Assembly: GCA_035495955.1 (NCBI GenBank)
Contig: DATJFE010000082.1
Location: 45,460 to 109,459, forward strand
Direction: 5' to 3'
Length of the DNA stretch: 64,000 nucleotides
Source: Vicinamibacterales bacterium
Lineage (GTDB): Bacteria; Acidobacteriota; Vicinamibacteria; Vicinamibacterales; 2-12-FULL-66-21
Shown here in pieces: positions 58,787 through 64,000 of this stretch (its first letter is position 1; each line of letters starts with the position of its first letter). The notes beneath the pieces were generated by a model. It made no database searches, was not told where the DNA came from, and saw nothing but the letters and a program-made list of their open reading frames with translations. A program made the position numbers and the translations under genes.

Positions 58787-59353
58787 CTACTCGGGCCGGT
58801 CGAACAGCATGTCGCTGCCCGTCAGCCCGAACGCCTCGCGATGCTTCAGGAACAATCCGCGATAGGAATCGAGGATGAAGTCGGACGGGCCGCGGCCGAG
58901 CGCTTCGGCCGCCGCCATGATGCCGTGCTCGCTGCCTTCGATCTCGACGAACGCGCCGACGGGCGTCTCGTCGATTGCGAAGATGACATCCTCGTAGCAG
59001 AACTCTTCTCGATACTTCTCGTAGCGGAACCAGACGTGAAACCCGAGCTCTTCGAAGATGTGAAGGAGCAAACCGCCGTCGCCCACGAGCGTCTCCAGCT
59101 CGTCGCGGACCTTGATGATCGACGGCTGTACGGGGCCCTTGAACGTAATCCGGCTCTTGCCGTTCTCGACCCGGATCCGCAGCACGCACCGCCGCCGCCG
59201 CAGCGACTCGTCGTCGCTGTCGAGGAGGGCGTCTTCCTGGAGCCGGCGGCCCAGGAGGGGTGTGGCTCCGACCGCCAGTACCGCCGCGCGCGCGTCGTCC
59301 ACCGACCCGAAGCTGAGCTTGATCTCGCGCTCGACGGGCGCTGTCACATCCAT
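58787..59353 (-). CDS. CYTH-domain protein (class IV adenylate cyclase / triphosphate tunnel metalloenzyme family)
   Basis: VEREIKL (ExExK signature), LRIRVENGKSRITFKGP, EKYREEF. Confidence 0.7.
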   Translation of the reverse strand: MDVTAPVEREIKLSFGSVDDARAAVLAVGATPLLGRRLQEDALLDSDDESLRRRRCVLRIRVENGKSRITFKGPVQPSIIKVRDELETLVGDGGLLLHIFEELGFHVWFRYEKYREEFCYEDVIFAIDETPVGAFVEIEGSEHGIMAAAEALGRGPSDFILDSYRGLFLKHREAFGLTGSDMLFDRPE

Positions 59354-59362
59354 AAGCCGGCG

Positions 59363-59368
59363 ATTATA
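59363..59368 (-). promoter_or_regulatory. Perfect TATAAT -10 box 9 nt upstream of ATG 59353 (leaderless candidate)
   Basis: Minus strand reads gccagacTATAATcgccggcttATG, with no SD. Confidence 0.45.
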
Positions 59369-59378
59369 GTCTGGCGTG

Positions 59379-59460
59379 CCAATCGCCAATCATCAATCCG
59401 TCGATCGGCACTCGCCAATCGTCAATGACAATCGTCACCCTGCAATCGCCACTCGCCGAT
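59379..59460. repeat. Direct array of about 11 degenerate CAATCGC heptads
   Basis: Reads ccaatcgccaatcatcaatccgtcgatcggcactcgccaatcgtcaatgacaatcgtcaccctgcaatcgccactcgccgat. Confidence 0.8.
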
Positions 59461-59461
59461 G

Positions 59462-61039
59462 TCAGCGCTTTGTCATGGTGACGAAGACGTTGTTGCCGTC
59501 GCGCCAGAGGAGCATGAAGGCGGGCTGACCGCCCTGCACTTTCTGCAGCTCGCGCGTCACCTGGCTCACGTTCGCGACCTTCTGGCGATTCACCTCGAGA
59601 ATCACGTCGCCGGGGACGACGCCGGCGTTCGCGGCCGGGCTGTTGCGCTCGACGTCGCTGACGATCGCGCCGCCGCCGTTCGAGGGCAGGTCGAGGCGCC
59701 GCGCGAGCTCGGGCGTCAGCGCATCGAGCGTCATGCCGAAGCTGGTCGCGGACGGCTCCGGCGCGGCCTGGTTCGGCGTACCGCCGCCGCGGCGCGCCAC
59801 GCGCGACTGCTCGGCGTCGACGTCGAGCTCGTCAATGGTGACGTTCAGCGACCGACGCTTGTTGTCGCGGTAGATCACGACGGGTACGGTCGTTCTCGGC
59901 TTCGTGTTGACGACCAGGGCGACGAGCGCATCGCTGTCCTTGATCGCCTTGCCGTTGAACTCGACCACGACGTCGCCGGGCTGGATGCCGGCCTTATCGG
60001 CCGGGCCGTTGGGATTGACCGTGGCGATGAGCGCGCCGCTCGTGTCGGGCAGGCCGAACGCCTTCGCGGTTTCCGGCGCGAAGTGCTCTCTCGATACCGT
60101 CACGCCGATCACGCCGCGCACGACCTTACCGTTGCGGAGTTGGGGCAGCAGGTCGCGGATCGCGTTCATCGGCGTCGCGAAGCCGATGCCGATGTTCGCG
60201 GAGCGCTGATCGGTGTAAATCGCCGTGTTCATGCCGACGACTTCGCCCCGGACGTTGAGCAGCGGGCCGCCGGAATTGCCGGGATTGATCGCGGCGTCGG
60301 TCTGCAGCATGTTCTGCTCGCGCCCCGGCACGCCGAAGGGGCGGCCGAGCGCGCTGATGACGCCCACGCTGACGCTGTGACCGAGATGGAAGGGGTTCCC
60401 GATCGCCATGACCCAGTCGCCGGGCTGCATCTGATCGGAGTCGCCGAACTTGATCTCGCTGAGGGGATGGTGCGGCGTTTCCGTCAGCTGAATCAGCGCG
60501 CTGTCGGTCAGCGTATCGTGGCCGACCACCTTGGCCGCGTAGGATTCATTGCGCTCGGCGCCGTAGAAACTGACGCGGATCGTTTCCGCGCCGTCGATGA
60601 CGTGATTGTTGGTCAGGATGAACCCGGCCCGATCGATAACGAATCCCGTGCCCGCGCCTTCCAGGACGGGCTCCTGCTGCCGCGGTCCGCGATTGCGTCC
60701 ACGCGTCGGCGGGGACTGCGGGTCCTCTCCGCCGAAGAAGCGCCGCAGGAGATCGTCGCCGCCTCCGCCGTTGCCGAAGTACTCGGTCAGATCGCGCCCG
60801 CGCTGCCGCACTTCGGTCTGGATGTTGACGACCGCCGGGGCGTTGTTCTTCGCGATATTCCGGAATGTGGTCGCGTCGATCGCCCCTGTCAGCGGCGCGC
60901 TGTTGATCGGCGGGATCGACACGGTCTGCGCCGACGAGGAGGGGGTCAGATCCAGGCGCGAGGCGATGACCATGCCGACAGCCATGGACGCGACCGCGAT
61001 GAGAACCACATAAAATGCCGAAGTCTTGCGGGTGGACAT
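59462..61039 (-). CDS. htrA: Do/DegP/HtrA family serine endoprotease with two PDZ domains
   Basis: TNNHVI, DSALI, GNSGGPLLN catalytic triad motifs. Two PDZ domains (ADKAGIQPGDVVVEFNG, AANAGVVPGDVILEVN). Confidence 0.9.
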   Translation of the reverse strand: MSTRKTSAFYVVLIAVASMAVGMVIASRLDLTPSSSAQTVSIPPINSAPLTGAIDATTFRNIAKNNAPAVVNIQTEVRQRGRDLTEYFGNGGGGDDLLRRFFGGEDPQSPPTRGRNRGPRQQEPVLEGAGTGFVIDRAGFILTNNHVIDGAETIRVSFYGAERNESYAAKVVGHDTLTDSALIQLTETPHHPLSEIKFGDSDQMQPGDWVMAIGNPFHLGHSVSVGVISALGRPFGVPGREQNMLQTDAAINPGNSGGPLLNVRGEVVGMNTAIYTDQRSANIGIGFATPMNAIRDLLPQLRNGKVVRGVIGVTVSREHFAPETAKAFGLPDTSGALIATVNPNGPADKAGIQPGDVVVEFNGKAIKDSDALVALVVNTKPRTTVPVVIYRDNKRRSLNVTIDELDVDAEQSRVARRGGGTPNQAAPEPSATSFGMTLDALTPELARRLDLPSNGGGAIVSDVERNSPAANAGVVPGDVILEVNRQKVANVSQVTRELQKVQGGQPAFMLLWRDGNNVFVTMTKR

Positions 61040-61045
61040 TAGAAA

Positions 61046-61090
61046 ACTCCCAAACTCAACTCAACTCAACTCCCAACTCCCAACTCCCAA
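61046..61090. repeat. AACTCCC/AACTCAA heptad array between the htrA start and the M24 stop
   Basis: Reads aactcccaaactcaactcaactcaactcccaactcccaactcccaa. Confidence 0.85.
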
Positions 61091-61093
61091 GGG

Positions 61094-62272
61094 TCAGAGA
61101 AGAACGAATTCGCGTTGAAGCGGTCCGCTGACAGTCGCCTCGCGCTCGCCGATGAACATGTTGATCTCGGTCCGGACGCCGAATTCCTTGCCATACACGC
61201 CGGGCTCGATCGTGAATCCCGTGCCTGGAATCAGACGGCGCTCGTCGTGCGTCTCGTAGTCGTCCATGTGCACGCCGTTGCCGTGCACTTCGGTGCCGAG
61301 ACTGTGTCCGGTCCGGTGGATGAATTGCGATCCGAATCCCGCGCGCTCGATCACCGCGCGGCACGCGCGATCGACCTCGTAGCCGCGCAGCTCGCGCCCT
61401 GCCGACACCGCGTCCTGCACGAGGGTGACGGCGGCGTCGCGGGCATCGCGCGCCGCATTGAAGGCCCGTACGTAGCGCTCGGGCACCTGGTCGGCCGTGA
61501 AGCCCACCCAGGTGATGTCCGCAAAGACCGCGCCGGGCTGCGGAAGCTTCCCCCACAGGTCGAGCAGGAGGACCTCGTTCGCGCCGATGGCTCGCGGCCT
61601 GGCCGCGGTCGGCATGTAATGCGGGTTGCCCGCATTCTCCTGCGCGGCGACGACGGGCGGGGCATCGGTGACGAGCCCTTCGTCGCCGAACCAACCGGTC
61701 ATCGCGCTCTGGACGTCGAGCTCGGTCAGGCTCCGTCCCTGTTTTCGCGCGTCGCGCACGAAATTGAAGGCGCGATCCTTGATCCGGTACAGCGCATCCG
61801 AAGCCGTCCGGTGCGTCGTCAGGGCGTCGGCCGACCAGACAGCCTCGAAGCGCTGGACGAGATCGCCCGATGAGACGACTTCGGCTCCGGTTTTCCGGAC
61901 AGCCTCGACCGTGCCGGCGTCGACGCGTGAGATGTATGGGATCGCGTTGCCGGGTGAGTACTCCATGGCCACGCGTTTGAGCCCACCGAGCACGTGCGCG
62001 AGGCCGGATGCGAGCGTGTCGCGCTGCGAGTAGATCGTTTTCCCGCCCGGCAAGTGATCGAGATTGAAGGGCTCGATCGCGTGAACGAGCTTCTGCGGCT
62101 CGCCGCTGGCCGGAATGACGTAGTACCACCGGCGAGTGGTCATCTTGCCGGCCATGTCGAGACCCGTCAGCCGCCTGGCAATCGGGTTCGATCCGTGGAA
62201 ATCGTACAGGACCCAGCCGTCCAGCCCATCTTCTTTGAGGGCGCTCTGGACCGCCGGAATCGACAAGGCCAT
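61094..62272 (-). CDS. M24 family metallopeptidase (Xaa-Pro aminopeptidase-like)
   Basis: FIHRTGHSLGTEVHGNG, GFTIEPGVY, TEINMFI (pita-bread metal ligands). Only the last 392 codons of track ORF 61094..63928 are real. Confidence 0.85.
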   Translation of the reverse strand: MALSIPAVQSALKEDGLDGWVLYDFHGSNPIARRLTGLDMAGKMTTRRWYYVIPASGEPQKLVHAIEPFNLDHLPGGKTIYSQRDTLASGLAHVLGGLKRVAMEYSPGNAIPYISRVDAGTVEAVRKTGAEVVSSGDLVQRFEAVWSADALTTHRTASDALYRIKDRAFNFVRDARKQGRSLTELDVQSAMTGWFGDEGLVTDAPPVVAAQENAGNPHYMPTAARPRAIGANEVLLLDLWGKLPQPGAVFADITWVGFTADQVPERYVRAFNAARDARDAAVTLVQDAVSAGRELRGYEVDRACRAVIERAGFGSQFIHRTGHSLGTEVHGNGVHMDDYETHDERRLIPGTGFTIEPGVYGKEFGVRTEINMFIGEREATVSGPLQREFVLL

Positions 62273-62278
62273 GGATTG

Positions 62279-62284
62279 AGTATA
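62279..62284 (-). promoter_or_regulatory. TATACT -10 box 6 nt upstream of ATG 62272 (leaderless candidate)
   Basis: Minus strand reads cttacgtcTATACTcaatccATG, with no SD. Confidence 0.45.
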
Positions 62285-62315
62285 GACGTAAGGGCCGCCA
62301 AAACGGATGGGTTGA

Positions 62316-62365
62316 GGGGGTGTCGGGTGTCGGGTGTCGGGTGTCGGGGTTGGGAGTTGGGAGTG
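62316..62365. repeat. GGGTGTC x4 followed by GGGAGTT x2 heptad arrays in the divergent M24/VWA spacer
   Basis: Reads gggggtgtcgggtgtcgggtgtcgggtgtcggggttgggagttgggagtgg. Confidence 0.9.
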
Positions 62366-62407
62366 GACGAAGTTGTACAATCGATCCGCCTGCCCGGTTG
62401 AAAGCCT

Positions 62408-64000
62408 ATGCGAACCACGATCGCCCCGATCCTCCTGGCCTGTCTCGCGCAGACACCGCCGCCGACGGCGCCGCAGGCCCCGGCCGCGCAGCCGCCCATC
62501 ACGTTCAAGGTGGAGGTCAACTACGTCGAGATCGATGCCAACGTGACTGACGCGCAGGGCAACTTCGCGCGCAACCTGACGCGCGACGACTTTCAGATCG
62601 TCGAGGACGGCAAGCCGCAGGCGCTGACCGCCTTCTCGATGGTCGACATCCCCATCGAGCGGACCGATCCGCCGCTGTTCTCCGCGGTGGCGATTCCTCC
62701 GGACGTCGCGACCAACAGCAAGCCGTTCGAGGGGCGCGTGTTCGTGCTCGTCATGGACGATCTCAACACGAAGTTCACGAGGACGCCCCGGACGCGGGCC
62801 GCGGCGCGGCAGTTCGTGGAACGCTACGTCGGCGCCAACGACATCATCGCCGTCGTGAACACGTCCGGGTACGGCAAGGGCATGCAGGAGTTCACGGGGA
62901 ACCGGCAGCTCGCGCTGAAGGCCATCGATGGCGCGCTCGGGAACAAGGCCGATTCGTCGACGTCGGCGGCGCTGCAGGACTATTACGCCAACAGCCTGGG
63001 CGGCGCGCAGTCGAACGCCAACGCGGCGTTCAACGAGCTGCAGCGCTACACGAACGCGCGCAACACCGTGCGCACGCTCAGGAGCATCTCCGAGTACCTG
63101 GCGGGCATACGAGGGCGGCGCAAGGCCGTCGTCTTCTTCAGCGAAGGGCTGAATTACAACGTCACCGATCCGATCAACAATCCGCACGCGACCGACGTTC
63201 AGCGTGAAATCCGCGATCTGGTCGCCGCCGCGACGCGGGGCAACGTCAACGTCTACAGCGTCGACCCGCGCGGGGTCGTCACGGGCATGGAGGACGCGAT
63301 CGAAATCTCCAGCCTGCCGTCCGACTACTCGATCAAGATGACGGACCTGCTGGACGAGGTGCGGCTCGAGCAGGACAGCCTCCGCGTCATCGCGGACGAA
63401 ACGGGCGGCTTCGCCGTCCTGAATCAGAACGATTTCCGCACCGGCTTCAAGCGGATTCTGGACGACAACAGCAGCTATTACGTGCTCGGCTACTACCCGA
63501 CCAACGACAAGCGCGACGGACGGTTCAGGACGATTCAGGTCAAAGTGCTGAAGCCGGGCCTCACCGTCCGCGCGCGGCGCGGCTACGCAGCGCCGGCGAC
63601 CGGCAAGAAAGACGACGCGTCGAAAGGCGCCAAGGCAGGCGCGAGCTCGCCGCAGTTGCACGAGGCGCTCGACAGCCCGCTGGCGGTCAGCGGCCTGACG
63701 ATCAGCGCCTTCGCGGCGCCGTTCCGCGGGCCGAGCGGAAAGGCCGGCACGTTCGACGCGATCGCGATGGCGATCGAAATCGACGGCGGCGGGTTGAAGT
63801 TCACGAACTCTCCACAGGGACTGTTCGCGGACGAGCTCGAGGTGGCGACGTTCGCGGCGGATGTCGACGGCAAGATCAAGGACGGCTCGCGCGACGTCAT
63901 CACCCTCAATCTGAAGCCGCAGACGCACGCCGTAGTCAGCCGCAGCGCCATCCGGGTGATCCGGCGCATCCAGGTGCCGCCGGGGAAGTATCAGTTGCGC
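62408..64000 (+). CDS. VWA-domain protein of the acidobacterial VWFA-related type (3' end outside the window)
   Basis: Read by hand because it is not in the ORF track (no stop in the window). MRTTIAPILLACLAQ..., ITFKVEVNYVEIDANVTDAQGNFARNLTRDDFQIVEDGKPQALTAFS, VFVLVMDDLN, AVVFFSEGL, VNVYSVDPRG, SSYYVLGYYP. Open through base 64000. Confidence 0.8.
   Translation, partial: MRTTIAPILLACLAQTPPPTAPQAPAAQPPITFKVEVNYVEIDANVTDAQGNFARNLTRDDFQIVEDGKPQALTAFSMVDIPIERTDPPLFSAVAIPPDVATNSKPFEGRVFVLVMDDLNTKFTRTPRTRAAARQFVERYVGANDIIAVVNTSGYGKGMQEFTGNRQLALKAIDGALGNKADSSTSAALQDYYANSLGGAQSNANAAFNELQRYTNARNTVRTLRSISEYLAGIRGRRKAVVFFSEGLNYNVTDPINNPHATDVQREIRDLVAAATRGNVNVYSVDPRGVVTGMEDAIEISSLPSDYSIKMTDLLDEVRLEQDSLRVIADETGGFAVLNQNDFRTGFKRILDDNSSYYVLGYYPTNDKRDGRFRTIQVKVLKPGLTVRARRGYAAPATGKKDDASKGAKAGASSPQLHEALDSPLAVSGLTISAFAAPFRGPSGKAGTFDAIAMAIEIDGGGLKFTNSPQGLFADELEVATFAADVDGKIKDGSRDVITLNLKPQTHAVVSRSAIRVIRRIQVPPGKYQLR

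Noticed and set aside
57852-59189. 445-aa version of the nucleotidyltransferase ORF
   Set aside because: The N-terminal 135 codons overlap the CYTH gene out of frame and are Arg-rich nonsense. The conserved GxGTRL motif begins right after the TTG at 58784.
468-62365. Could the short repeat arrays be CRISPR arrays?
   Set aside because: The units are 7 nt (15 nt in one case) with no unique spacers. The arrays are under 100 nt, often palindromic, and no cas genes are present.

Overview
High-GC (about 65-70% judged by eye) bacterial chromosomal segment. The gene content suggests an Acidobacteria-like organism: many secreted M14/S9/M48/S41/M24 peptidases, a VWFA-related protein of the acidobacterial type, and a CadC-like regulator fused to a TolB-like propeller. 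This assignment is inference only. I call about 56 protein genes. On the plus strand: nadB (partial), proS, a ctp-type protease, smc, a peptidase cluster, and a lysC-dapB-dapA-dapD-M20 lysine operon. A long minus-strand block carries a lysR-ureABCEFGD urease operon, pheA, the classical rimP-nusA-infB-rbfA-nrnA-truB-rpsO-pnp cluster, rimO, asnS, a kinase/nucleotidyltransferase/CYTH group, htrA and an M24 aminopeptidase. The last gene, a VWA protein from 62408 to the window end, is absent from the ORF track because it has no stop in the window. I found no rRNA, tRNA, CRISPR array or intact mobile element. Most of the long ORFs in the track are antisense shadow ORFs typical of high-GC DNA. Observations worth a second look: (1) a dispersed family of 7-nt tandem-repeat hairpin elements at gene boundaries, some lying in frame inside coding sequences; (2) a recurrent -10-like hexamer 5-10 nt upstream of ATG starts that lack a Shine-Dalgarno, suggesting many leaderless mRNAs; (3) a perfect 20-bp inverted repeat bracketing the ureD start; (4) a lower-GC islet at 26.8-29.1 kb with an integrase C-terminal remnant and orphan genes; (5) a promoter-plus-terminator-bounded candidate small RNA upstream of smc; (6) a small ORF whose strong terminator ends 21 nt before lysC. 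All product calls rest on motif recognition by reading, with no database search, and coordinates of non-coding elements are approximate to a few nt.
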